Below are positions 27,054 to 39,453 of a stretch of 55,613 nt of DNA, piece after piece. The position numbers and the translations under genes are program-made. A model generated the notes under the pieces. That model did not search any database. It was not told where the DNA came from and saw nothing but the letters and a program-made list of their open reading frames with translations. How positions within the stretch are numbered: position 1 is the stretch's first letter; each line of letters begins with the position of its first letter. The DNA comes from Neolecta irregularis DAH-3 (taxonomy: Eukaryota). The stretch lies in contig LXFE01000132.1 of assembly GCA_001929475.1 (NCBI GenBank), positions 1 to 55,613 of the forward strand. The letters are read 5' to 3'.

Positions 27054-28848
27054 ATGAACATAAACTCAAGGAACAATCTATCAAATCAAGATGAATCAAT
27101 TTCATTGCTCAAGTCGTCGAAGGTACATGTCAGAGATGTTCAACACAGGTCTTTTTGGTATTTATTTCTTCTATCGCTAGCTCTTGGAGGGTATGCCTAT
27201 ATTCTGTAGGTCCTCATATTAACCGTCAATTAGTGTTCAGTTTGCATGTATGGTTTAATCTCCGTTATGAAATAAACTCTAATTTATCTCCAAAGGGGCC
27301 ACGGAACTTGCATATGGTGCAGAAATTTCTTGCTATCTTGTCAACTGATATACAAGTATCCCCTTATTTACTATCTCTCGGCCTGCCCAAACCTGTAATG
27401 TCTTTAGTCTGGATTGCTGGACCGCTTAGTGGGATTATTATGCAACCTTTGATTGGCCAGCTGAGTGATAAATCTCGTTTGAAATGGGGCAAACGAAGGC
27501 CTTTTATAATCGGAGGATGTTGTGGAACCGTCCTGGGCCTACTATTGATGGGAAGAACTAAAGATATCGTCGGAATTTTTCGCCACGATGACCGAAACGC
27601 GACAATCATTCTAGCTGTTTTTGGTACGTCAATGAAAATACTGTCATGTTTTAACTATCTAGGTCTTTATTTAATGGATTTCTCCGTCAATGCAAGTAAG
27701 TCAGCCAGTCTGTAAATTAAGCTCCTGATGATCAGTAATGGCGTCGAGTCGAGCACTCATTGTCGATGCTGCACCTCACACGCAGCAGGATATCGCAAAT
27801 TCCATGGTCAGCAGGCTTGTGGGAGTTGGTAATGTACTCGGATACCTTTCGTACAAAACTTTGAAAAATCATATTGTTGATATTAGTGGGTATATCGATC
27901 TTCCTCGACTCTTTCCCCGAATTGGTAAGTCGCAGTTTGAAATATTGTGTCTTCTAAGCTCAATCGTCTTGATTATCTGTGTTACCTTTACCTGTTTTCG
28001 AGTGAAGGAAGTTAATGTAGACGCAAACTCTTCGTATAGCCTTTGAAGAATTATAGAATGCTGATATAAAGGTCAAATATACCCAAAAGAAGTATTGTCG
28101 ATCCAATAAAGCAGATTATATATACAATCTTTCATCTCCCAAGACCTATACGTGACGTATGCGTCACTCAATTCTTCAGTTGGATTGGATGGTGCGAATC
28201 CATGTAAGGGCACCCTTATACTTTAGGTTTCCATTCTTGATTTATTGTACAGCCTGGATTGGCCAGATTTATGTCTTGGAACATGCCTCGCAGAATGGAC
28301 ATGCAAGTGACCCAGACTGGGATAAAGCTACTCGTACCGGTTCATTTGCTCTACTTCTCTATGCACTCGTGGCTCTGTTATCTTCAATTGTATTGCCCAC
28401 ATTCGTAGCACCCGATGGCATCATTGCAATCAAGGGGCTTACCCTTTCTCGATTGTGGACACTCACTATGGGGATTTTTGCCGTGTGCATGTTTTCAACG
28501 TTTTTCATCACAACTGTCTCAGGAGCAACCATAATGGTGTCGTTCTGCGGAATCCCATGGGCACTAACCTTGTGGGCACCATTTGCGTTGATCTCGAAAC
28601 AAGTCGCTTGGAAAAATCTTGATGCCGGTGTCGTTCTCGGAGTGCACAACATCTTCATTTCGATGCCTCAGGTTATTAGTACTTTAATCTCGAGCCTGAT
28701 ATTTCGAATATGTACAAAAGGAGTCAAAGAAGGGGGTGTACACGATGAAAGTTTTGACTGGATCTTGAGAAGCGGAGGTCTTGCGACTTGCGTTGCCATT
28801 ATATTGGCGATACGACTCGACAAAAGTAAGGCGAATGACGAAGTATAG
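27054..28848 (+). CDS. SUT1: Sucrose/alpha-glucoside:H+ symporter (GPH/SLC45/Sut1 family), 8 introns
   Basis: GGVQFAWATELAYVSPYLLSLG, VWIAGPLSGIIMQPLIGQLSD, WGKRRPFI, WIGWFPFLIY, GVVLGVHNIFISMPQ. Confidence 0.9.
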
Positions 28849-28857
28849 ATACATTTT

Positions 28858-28911
28858 TATTTTGGCTTAGAGTGTCTAATCCCATATTTTGGCTTAGAGT
28901 GTCTAATCCCA
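28858..28911 (+). repeat. Direct tandem duplication of ~27 bp (atttt(t)ggcttagagtgtctaatccc) x2
   Basis: Directly visible just after the SUT1 stop codon. Confidence 0.85.
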
Positions 28912-29117
28912 GTGGTGTTGTACTCAACATGGTCTAATAATATACAAATTGGGTAGTTTGGTTTTTCAAATGGTGTTGAATGCTGTCACTAGGCAAGTAT
29001 CGCTCTAACGTTTGGTGACTTGATCTAAAATACCGCTGTTAGGTCTACTTTGATACATAGAACAGATTCTTGTTTCATAGAAAGTTTCGATTCAGTTTAA
29101 TAGTGTCAATTTGGCTT

Positions 29118-29617
29118 TCATTCACCGGAGACAGCGCCATGCTCTACAGTCGAACCAAATCCCATTCTCCAATCCGACTGGTATCCAACAAGAAGGACAA
29201 ATCCAATGAGCAAAAGTGTCATAGTAAATGCACCAAGACATCGTGTACCCCACACATTTTCCTCATGTTCCTTTGTCAATAGTGCGACAGTATGACATGC
29301 ACGAGTCTTTGCGCGGACTTTACGACGATTAAAATACGGGACAACGATACCAGCGATGAATCCGTAAAACCAAATTGGTCCCGGTAGAAGAAACCCCCAG
29401 AAGAATAGCTGTCAACGATCAGCTTGATTAACCGTTGATTTCATACATTACGAGGCAAAATGTATATCCGAGGTTCTTCATCAGGGATCTCTCTGAGTAG
29501 TACGACCGGTTGGGGGGTATATTTCTCGTTTGAAGGCGATTTAGTGCTATAAGCCTTCTCAAAAGGCGGAAGAGGATCGACATAATTCATTGGTATTGCT
29601 GAAAGTTCGAGAGGCAT
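29118..29617 (-). CDS. Small uncharacterised membrane protein (1 intron)
   Basis: Spliced product contains LFFWGFLLPGPIWFYG and EENVWGTRCLGAF followed by a TM segment; GT-AG intron. Confidence 0.65.
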
Positions 29618-29895
29618 GAAAACGCCTGCTAAATTCGCGGCAAACCCAAAACAAGTAGAAAGAAGCCTGTTAAATAAAAGAAAAGGATTTTGAGGCGATA
29701 TAAGCAGAACGAGCCGCTGCCTGAAAGGATGAATTGAAAAGACTGAGTTTAAATTGATAAATAGTAGGCATTTCGCCAATTGGATTGTTGTGTGAAAGAA
29801 AAGAACAATAGGGTTGTGCCACTAAATTGTCCATGTGTGCCATAGCACGAGTGAATTCCGACATTCTCAATATGAGAATTTTATAATATTATCGA

Positions 29896-32353
29896 TTACA
29901 AGACATTTACATTGTCTAAAAAGCGCCTTATGAACAATTTCCGCCTTTCGTCTTGAGAGTTGTCAAGAGTGCCATTATCTGACAGGCGTCGCACGATAAC
30001 ATTTGCAAATTTACAAACTGTACAAATATCAACACATTTGATGAATGTTGAAAAATATACCTAGGCGCTCGGGAAACCCGGCCTCCTGCGTCCTGATGTT
30101 ATGGCACAGTTCCTGTAGGAATCCTATCAAATACAGGAATACGTTTGTGTGAATGGGTGGGAGAGAATCAAGGATCTTGCTGTGTCATTTTAAATTTGTG
30201 CCCCTTTACGTACCTGAGAAGCTCGATACGAACTTTCTGCTGCTTTCAAAGCAACCTCGTATTGATTAAAGGGTATCACTGGCTCCGGAAGCAACTCTAG
30301 AAACAATAACAGCATAGCAGCCATCGAATGGTTTCCCAACTGAACGTTTTCGGGAAAGCCCCCTCGGGCTTTGAGGCATGTCGTAATCGTTTCGTGGTTG
30401 AAATCTTCTCCATTATCTAGACATCTATGAAGGTATGCCGAGATCTCTGGTAAGCCTTTATGAAGGAAAAGATCCTCCTGAAAGATTCAGAGGATCGTAT
30501 GCAATACGATTCATACAGTGCCCAACCCATGTTTGAGCAGGTAGTCGGTCATTCGCCAGATTTCCCTTGGTATACTCCATTGGGAAGATTTGGCTGGTTC
30601 CTCCCGTGCAGAGCCGCATGATAGTCTTATTAACGACATACCAAAACAAGTGGGTTGAAATTCGCCGGCGACCGATATGAATCTATAATTAGTGAAACCA
30701 TGCCATACATTATCATACGAATCTTTACCATCCTTGATATGTAAGACCAAAATATCTTCCAACTTTTCCTCTCCTCTGTTCAGCTTTGCAACGGATGTCT
30801 GGTCCACCATGATCGTGATATTGAGTTTAAGCTTCCCTCGTGGATAAATTCCTCCGAAATGCGGCTGTACAGACAGCCAAGGATTGGAATAACTCCCTCT
30901 CTGATCATTTGATAAGAATTCAAATTCTACCGGTAGTGATCCATGATTTGATAGCACGAGAATCTGAGAGTTGGTAGAATATCAAAAAGGTGTGTTACCA
31001 TTTTTTTCGGCTCGAGAAATTCAACCGAACCAAATTGAAATGAAGTTTGAGATATTTCCAAGGCAGGCCGGTTTTCATTTTCCCATTTATCGAGTTGTCG
31101 TATTGCATCAATTCGTACATGTTCTTCCTTTTCCTTAACAACGAGATCAACCTTGCAGTCAATGATGAGCTACAAAGAGACCAAACTGTAGCATCAAATG
31201 TCGCACTGACCGGTTTATGGTCACTTTGAGTAAACTCCGGGTGACTCTTGTATTCTAGACAAGTGACTCCGTTGCTTCGCCAAAGGATGCGATCCGTCCA
31301 GCTTGGTACTCTGTCTTTTTCACTGATATGAGATTGTATCTCCAGGAAATCCGAGTATACCTTGTATCATACTCGTGAGTGTCCATGTCGAATTTAAAAG
31401 TAGGCTTGAATTTTATCTGACTATTTTGTGAATAAGCCTATTCATGACGTCATACTGTTCAGTACAACCATGAAAGGCTTTCCCTTCTTTTCTTTGAACA
31501 TTCAGCTGATCAAATGGGAGACAAAGTAAATGTTCATTTCGGAGGATGAATTCACGAACATCTTTATTGGGAAGATCGACTCTGTAGTTTAAATCTCCAA
31601 ACCAAAACAGATGATCGTAATCTGTCAATTGACTCAGATTCAGCTTTCGAGATATTTCCGAATAGTCTGAATTTCTTCGTTCGACTTGATTCGGCTGAGC
31701 CGCGAGATGCGAATTGACAAAACAAAAGTTTGTATCGTGTATACTAAATTGTACTTTTACTGCGCCTTTATTACCCAATGTTCCCAAAAGTCCACAGCCA
31801 GCATAAGTAGTCGACATATTTCGTATATGAGGAGCGAGATTATTCCGGGCATAGGCAATAATAAGCATTCCAATCAGTTGTTGCGAGCAGATCTATGCAG
31901 TTATTTCAAGCACGCTGAATCGGCCATACTTTTTCGAAATTTTCACCCAAAGCATTGATGATTGATTCATTCCAAAGACTTTCGCGCGTATCATCTAGGC
32001 GGATATAGGCATCCGTCCCGAGATCCACCTCTTGCAAGCTGTGTTGAAATTAGCGGTATAACAATAGAACCGTACCCCACAACAACCAGATCAAGATTAT
32101 CAGGACTCGCGAGCCAGTAATCGAGAGGCTTAGATGGCAGCGATCCGTTCATATTCCAGCTGGCTATTTTGATGCGGATAGTTTCTCTGTTGATATAATC
32201 GGCTCGTCGTTCTTTGAGCACATTTGCTATAAATCCGGTCTTGAATCCCGGAGAAGCCGGAGACGGCAGCAATGGAGAAACAGGCCCAAGAGAAGAGTAT
32301 GGAAAATTCGAATTCAATGGAGCAAGAAAGGGACGAGCAGATTGGGAATGCAT
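29896..32353 (-). CDS. OCRL/INPP5B-like inositol polyphosphate 5-phosphatase with ASH and RhoGAP-like domains (10 introns)
   Basis: [96 protein letters not shown]. Confidence 0.9.
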
Positions 32354-32436
32354 GATGCTGAAATGCGGAGGGAAAAGCAATTTGTTGCCCCTTGTCTCAA
32401 TCTAATCTGGCTAATCCATTGTAAACACAAACTACT

Positions 32437-33346
32437 TTAAGAAGCAAGGCCATCTGCAGATTGTCCTCCTGCCTGCATCTCGTGCTGCCAGACGGGAATA
32501 CTCGGTATTGCAGCCGTTGTTGGGGATTCAGGAACAGCAGACGATGAATTGCCTATGGGAAGAATCGGGGAAACATTAGTTCCCTGGGATCCTATAGGAC
32601 GGCCTCGATTCACAATGAGAGTCTTGAGACTCTTTAGTTCAGTCTGCAAATCAACAAGTGCTGCTTCTTGGTTGTCTTTGTGCTTCTCAAGAGCCTAAAT
32701 AATCAGAAAATAGCTGGCAGAGGTGAACCTCGGGAACAAGAGCTTTTAATGAATTGATGTCATGCTTGAGATTTCGGAGTTCTGTTTCTGAGCTTTCTGT
32801 GCATTTCCTGAGATTATCCATCACCCGATCCAAGTCTCTCAGAGCTTCGTTTACTGCATTTTTCTGGTCGTCGGCATCTTTCTTGAGCTGCTCGGAGTCT
32901 TCCTGCAACTGCTTCAACAGTGACTGTGCCTCGTCAAACTGCGCGTCAATGGAGTCTTTGTCTGCCTGCAGTGCTTCTGGAGTTGGAGGTGCAATTAAAG
33001 GCATGACATAGCGCTGAGCGTGTTAAAGAAACAAGCCAAGGTTTTGTACCCTGACAAGCACAGTTAAGCCGTAAGCAACACTTCCGCCGACAACGCCCAT
33101 AATAAACCAATCTCGCCAGTCACGGCGCGGAAGTTCTGGTGGATTTTGAGCATTTGGATAATATATAGGCGAAAAAGAGGACGACTGGGAATGCGAGGCA
33201 GCCCTGGAAATGGCCTCGTCTATTTCTTCTTTAGTAAGCCTTTTCGACTCGAGAAATGCGATTCGCTTTTGGAGTGAAGCCAACTGAACTTTGGGATCGT
33301 TGAGAAATGAAACGGCGCTGGTAACTAGATCTTCGCGGATGGTCAT
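32437..33346 (-). CDS. PEX14: Peroxisomal membrane docking protein Pex14 (2 introns)
   Basis: IREDLVTSAVSFLNDPKV, FLESKRLTKEEIDEA, RDWRDWFIM, coiled coil, ELKSLKTL, IPVWQ. Confidence 0.95.
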
Positions 33347-33388
33347 ATGTATGAACTGCTTGGAGTAGCAATTTATCCTATCTCCTCC

Positions 33389-34268
33389 ATGTCAAATCGG
33401 TCAAAATCACCAGAACGTCGTAAATCAGACGACAATGATCATCGAACATCGTATCGTGATGTAAAAGATGGAAGTCGAAGACACAGAAGTCGTTCTCCCG
33501 GCATTCACAAGAACAGAGAAGACCGCCCCCGAAAACACTACCATGACCGTGATCATCGAGATTCAAGCTCTCGGCAAGACTACAAGCTAAAGGATAGACG
33601 GGACGATCGAGGAGGTGATCAAGATAGGCAGGATCAAAGAGATCAAAGATACAAAACAGATCAAAGAGATCACAGAGGTAGAACGGATCAAAGAGATCAA
33701 AGAGATAGAACAGGTCAAGGTGATCGCGGAAAATTTGATCCAAACAGGAAAAGACGATCTCCTTCTCCAAAAAGAAAATCTATCCCTGAGCCGGCCATAC
33801 CTGTTTACACAGGTTCGATGATTGAGGTTATTTGGTGCAAAAAGTACCTCACACTCAATCTGACAGCTTAGCAACGATCGTCTGGGCAAGAAAATCAGGT
33901 ATTTGTAGAGTCCGTTTATATCTGATTACCAGGGTGAAATGTAACGAGGATGATACAGTCGGCGATTTAAAAAAACTGATTGCCGCGCAAACAGGAACAG
34001 ATCATCGAAAGATCGTACTGAAGAAATGGTTTGAATCTTCCTTATAATATTTCCTGACAGCTAGGTATACTTCATACAAGGTACGCGCTGATAATCCTGT
34101 TGAGCAATTCATAATCTATAGGACCATATCAAATTGTCGGATTACGAGATCCACAACGGCATGAGTCTGGAATTGGTACATCGTGTTCATACTACCAAAT
34201 ATCTAACCGCTATAGTATTATGTATTCCCACCTCCACAATCCTCCATTACTGACAATAACAGTCGTAG
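33389..34268 (+). CDS. HUB1: Ubiquitin-like modifier Hub1/UBL5 with in-frame N-terminal RS/RD-rich extension (6 introns; core starts 33818)
   Basis: Spliced core [73 protein letters not shown]; upstream open frame of ~143 codons rich in RS/SP/RD. Confidence 0.9.
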
Positions 34269-34298
34269 TTATTCATCTTGGTATATATTATCATATTA

Positions 34299-35505
34299 TC
34301 ATTTCTCAACCCCTAATACTTTCGACGATGTCAAAATCGTTAAATCGGAATATTTTGAGTCAAAATGGGTTCTTTCATCCATCAAGTCTCTCGGCGTCAG
34401 TCCAGTTGCCTTCATAACAACCACGGCTATCTTCCTGATTATCCATGCTCGAGGGGGATAATCTTTGGGAAGAGATTCCTGCGTGAAATATCTCCATAGG
34501 AATTCTTCTGCAAGCTCTAATGGTCCATCGACTTTACAATCGAAGTCAATCTCTGGCTCCCCTAGGCTCCATTTTGCTCGTGCATCAGCGATGAAACCAA
34601 GTCCATCACTGGGGATATTTTCCGTTGAACAGTCGGAACTATGGTAATACAGAGTATTCTGAATTGTATCCCAACGAATGAACCCTAGGTATCCATTTTT
34701 GAGGAGATTGAAAATTTGCGAGGGTGGAATGTCATTCTTCCACGAGTTCAAGTCGTCCTCTGGTGAAATTGACATAAATGTCGTTGATGAAGAGTTATTC
34801 TTGAGATATTGTTCGATATACGTTGACAGGATAAGAAAATACATGTCCTCATGTGCTGCGCTGGGGGCTTGATATGCTTCCCGTAAGAGACGCCGAAGTC
34901 CGCGGCGAATGAATTTATTCTCAAAAGTATGTATGTTCTCTGGAAAAGCGCTTAGCAGAGTATGATCAAGCGAAAGCATCAACTGCGCTTCCGCTCTTCC
35001 GGACCAGTTTGTTAATTCTGATGAAGCAGCTTCTACCCATCGATCCGAAGACATCAATCCCGCTTCGTTGAGCAATCCCGAGTACAACGATTCATCAAGT
35101 GGCTCAGTTAATCCTTGTAGCTTTATCCGACTTGAGGTCGTCAGTAACATCCAAGTGAGTATTAGAGTACTTGAAAGCCGACCCGTTGTGCCTGTCTGTG
35201 CCTTTCTTGAGAGTAGAATTATAGCAAATGCAATTCCATCCGAAATTCATGTGGCCCCTGGATTCCTGCTGTACATATGTGCTTCTCACATCGTATCTCT
35301 CAATAACCTCAAAAGCTTTACAAGCAAGGCTGTTTAGACATTTAGTCGTGCAGTCATTCACTGCGTCTTTGAACACTAGGATACTTGGGTATGTATACGA
35401 GAAGAAATGGTGATTGGGTCTGTGGATTTTATGATGGATCTTGTCGAAGAAGGCTTCATCTGGAATCGCAAATACCAAACTGATCAATAAAGCGAATTGG
35501 AGCAT
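34299..35505 (-). CDS. Secreted protein of unknown function with Cys-patterned (PAN/apple-like) N-terminal segment (1 intron)
   Basis: Signal peptide MLQFALLISLVFA; CTTKCLNSLACKAF..NCICY; a ~40-nt GT-AG intron joins ORFs 35104..35505 and 34299..35150. Confidence 0.6.
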
Positions 35506-35834
35506 TCTAGAGATTGGACAGATGATAACGGTCTATTAAAAAGAGAGAGAGGGGAAGAAAGATTCCGAGAGGGATGCGCCATTGAGCGTCATCAGATACC
35601 CACGGGAAACACCTGAAAGATTTTGCAAGGAGGCACAGTGGGGATAAATCAGAGATAAGAACCCTCAACTGGTATATGCGAGATAACAAACAAATAGATC
35701 AGGGTTTGGGGGTTAAGATTTGATCAAGTTTCGGGTGACGCGATTTTCACATGCAGAAAAGTGTGGGGGACTCCTGGATATTCCCCACAACCACCATCGG
35801 CGATTGCATGTCAACCCCCAGGTGAGAGGTACTG

Positions 35835-36001
35835 CAGTCGGACCTGGCTATAGGGAACCTCCGTACAAAATATTTCTCCTTATAACGAACCCAGCTTGTT
35901 CCCAAAATTAATTAGTATGGGTATTTTTCTACAGAATGAATCCGCCTTATAACGAATTCAACACCCTTGAACGCCACATTCGTTATAAGCAGGTCTGACT
36001 T
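35835..36001. mobile_element. MITE, Tc1/mariner (pogo/Tigger-like) copy 1
   Basis: Ends cagtcggacctggctata... and ...ttcgttataagcaggtctgact form imperfect TIRs; highly similar to copy 2. Confidence 0.8.
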
Positions 36002-36831
36002 TAGCGGCGGAAGACCATTAGCAATGCGGGAGACCACAAGAAGTAACCTATGTCCAGATGGGGGCATTGGTGGGCCGCACAGCCAATTGCGTTGAAGATG
36101 AAACCAATGCGGAGCAAATTGAGTGCCCATAGGATTATATAAGAACCGCCTAGCCTGATTAGCAGACTAGGCTTTAGCCACATAATAATATACATGGTTA
36201 CTTCTCAAAGCAACCATCGAATACCAAATTATCCAGCCTAAGTCTACTCGAGCCAACAGTCCAGACACGAAGCTCACAAAAAGATTTACTCCTATATAGG
36301 CGCACCGAGTTCTGTACCACGACCCGTCGTTTGTATTTCCATCGGTGCACTCTCTTCCTCTTCTGCTGAAGCTTTACAACGCGCTCTTCTGGCCTTTTTG
36401 ACCAAATCCGATGATTTTGCAAAATTTGCGTCTGTAATTTAGCATGTCCGGCACTGGAATCGGGCCCGCACTTCCCATGACTTCATCTACAGTCACACCA
36501 CTTTCTTTGAGCCTCTGAATGGTCTGAAAGTAAGCAGAGGGGTATTTAAAAGAGGACAGATACATAATCTCTATTGCGTGCAATTTTATTCATCTTTTTT
36601 TTGCTGTTCACCTTTCCGAAGAATACACCCGACGACGCCCTGCGAAGCTGCGGGTTACATAATTTTGCCTTCTTCTTATTCCTGGCTTCTTTCCTGAGAC
36701 AAGATCTTGCACGGTTGGGAGCCATTATAGAGGGCATGTTCGGTTAGGAGGTTTGGAAAAGATTGGTGCAGCCAATTCGTGATTACAACAACGTCCTCGA
36801 CTTATCTCTTGAGAACAAATCATTGCACGTA

Positions 36832-37004
36832 CAGTTGAACCTGCCTATAGGGAACCTCCGTACAACGAATTTCCCATTATAACGAACCCAGTTGGTTTCC
36901 AAAATAATTAGTATGAGTTATTTTTCTATCGTGATATAAAGAATCCGCCTTATAACGAATTTAACACCCTTGAACGCCACATTCGTTATAAGCAGGTTCG
37001 ACTA
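36832..37004. mobile_element. MITE, Tc1/mariner (pogo/Tigger-like) copy 2
   Basis: TA|cagttgaacctgcctata ... tataagcaggttcgacta|TA; TA flanks; internal ttataacgaa sub-repeats. Confidence 0.85.
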
Positions 37005-37405
37005 TAATAAATTGAATAGAAAATTTCTTATCAAATTATCAATGTCTTATTTCTGTACCGGACGATGTTATCTACAAATTAAGGAACCCCATAAAACTTT
37101 ATATTTGCGCAGAATAAAATCTGATTATCACATGTGAATATTCTGACTATGTAGCCAGGTATATTCCAAATGAACCTACTTTCTAAGAGGAATCATTCAC
37201 TAGAGATAGCATAAAACCAACGTTGAAAATCTTTTGTTGCAGATCTTTAAATGGCGAATCTTTTGTGCATGACAGTATACAAGTATCCCAAATACACTTA
37301 GTCCACCGCATCAACCAGCAAAAGCATGAACAAATAAATAATCAATCGAACAGAAACACATACAAACGGGAAACGCCGAATAAAAGAGAGTAAAGCCATC
37401 CCTGT

Positions 37406-38346
37406 TTAATTCAGTAATTTCCTGACGTCGTCTTTCCGTGTGATATACCCCACTGCTCTAGAAGGTAAAGCAACTACCGACCAAGCGATCAACACAGGGA
37501 CGTATACTACATTTCTAATCCACCCAAAGAGCACGATTATAGCTGGGGGTTGTTTATAGGTCGTCGCGCAAAGAGCTGATAATTCATTGACTTTTCTCTC
37601 CAGTAATGTAATTTTTTCATCAAGAACAGCGTTTGTTAAATATTGCTTCTTTTCGTAACGTCGGACTGCTCCTGTAGAGTTAATTTATATCACAATATGA
37701 CGGGACAGAGAACTATTTAATGCGTCCATGTTCGTTTTTTCAGAAGGATCGGATTTAGCTTGATGTTCAGTGATCAATCGCTTTAATTCCGTGATGCGTT
37801 GCTCGATTTCCGAAGGTGGTAATTCATTCAGTGATCTTCTTAAATTGATTGAACGATGCTTAATCATATCCAATAAATGAGTCGCTGGTTTCAATTCAGC
37901 GGCTAACACGAACAAGGTTATATTTAAATTTGAAATGAGACCGTCTCTGGGTCTAGCGAGAGTCTGACGGATCCAATGGAGTAATATTCCGCCGACGAGG
38001 GGACCAAGGAACGATGCGCAGAGGGCGTAAATAGCATCTTGACGGAGTAGTTGCGATGATTCCGAGTTTGTAGGTTGGTGGCGCGTGATATGGTACCACT
38101 CTCGCGGCCCTCGACAAGTTAATAACAGGAAAAAGGACTCAACTTGCAAGCGATGAGATATTTTAGATAGAATCCAGAGAGTATGATCAACATAGTATCT
38201 GTCAGAATATCGCTATGGGTTGTACTTCCAAACACAATGCCGCCCTAATGGTGAATCTCTCGAAATATGATAAGACCTACAATAGCAGGAATCAAAGCGA
38301 AAGCCAGCGGCAGATGATTCATCATAGATGGCGATTCATCATCCAT
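37406..38346 (-). CDS. Conserved uncharacterised fungal membrane protein (3 introns, one GC-AG; start uncertain)
   Basis: PLAFALIPAIGG, WPREWY, FLGPLVGGILLHWIR..L.RP..GLISNLNITLFVLAAELKP, ALNRAVRRYEK. Confidence 0.75.
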
Positions 38347-39009
38347 GGTAACAGCACTGACCCTCAAGTCAAGTCAAAAAGAACCCGGTTATCTGTTAAA
38401 CTCAGTCGAGGAAGGAAGAAAGTGGGTGGGAAAAAGGCAGGGGGTTACGAGACCGACATCATCGTCATAAGAAAGTCATCGAGCGTCCCCGCAAAGTATG
38501 TTTGTCCCGTTTTTTATATTGCAAATATTGAATAACAAAGAATAAGCCAAAAAGATAATATTCTTTTCCTCGGGCTGTTTTTCGTACATGATGATTCGTT
38601 AGAGCCTTGAACATACCACCTTCCTTGACAAATCGCCCGGGTAATACATATATCGATCAAAGGAGATATAGCGCATCAATATTAAACACGAGTATAATTC
38701 GTTATTTATATATGTAAATCAATGATTACACGCCCGTTCCACCAACTCCTTCTCGTCGTCCATCGTGGGTGTCGTCGTAGGGAATCTAGCCCTACAAATC
38801 CACTTGATCAATCAACAGTCGCAATCTGAAGCTGAAAACTGAAACTGAATCCGAATATAGAGAAAAGTTACGATTTGCCATGACACGAATATAAATGCCT
38901 GAAAAACATTCCGCATACGATGATATCCCGCCCACCAGAAAAAAAAGGAAAAAAAAGGAAGAAAGAAGAAAAGGAAGATAGCGATAAAGAATAGCGAGCG
39001 AATGCAAAG

Positions 39010-39418
39010 TCACGAGCCTACATTTATAGCCTCATGATCGAGACTCGACGAATCAGACATTTCTTCATCTGGTATACTCTGATTATTAAACGACTGGCCG
39101 TTTTGAATTTGTCCTCGATTAGCAGTTGGGCTATTTAAAAATTCAGAGAAACTGAGGCCTGTTTTTAAAGGGGTAGGAAGATATGGACTTGATCTTTCTG
39201 GAAATGGAGTTGTTGAGGGTGGATTAGGAGGAGGAGGTGGGTAAGAGTACATTCCTGCGGTGGGTGGGGGACTAGGAAATTCTGCGGACCAATTTGAAGG
39301 AAAAAACATGCAATTATTAGAGGATGATTGTTTTGGGTGGGGTGGTGCGGATAAGGGTTGGACGTACATTTGTTGTTGTTGTTGTTGCTGTTGCTGTTGA
39401 TGTTGATGTTGATGTTGA

Positions 39419-39453
<35 letters not shown>

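Noticed and set aside
35130-35185. Possible GT-TG intron in the secreted PAN-like gene
   Set aside because: A canonical solution exists (gtactc...tactgacgacctcaag, ~40 nt) that joins the frames.
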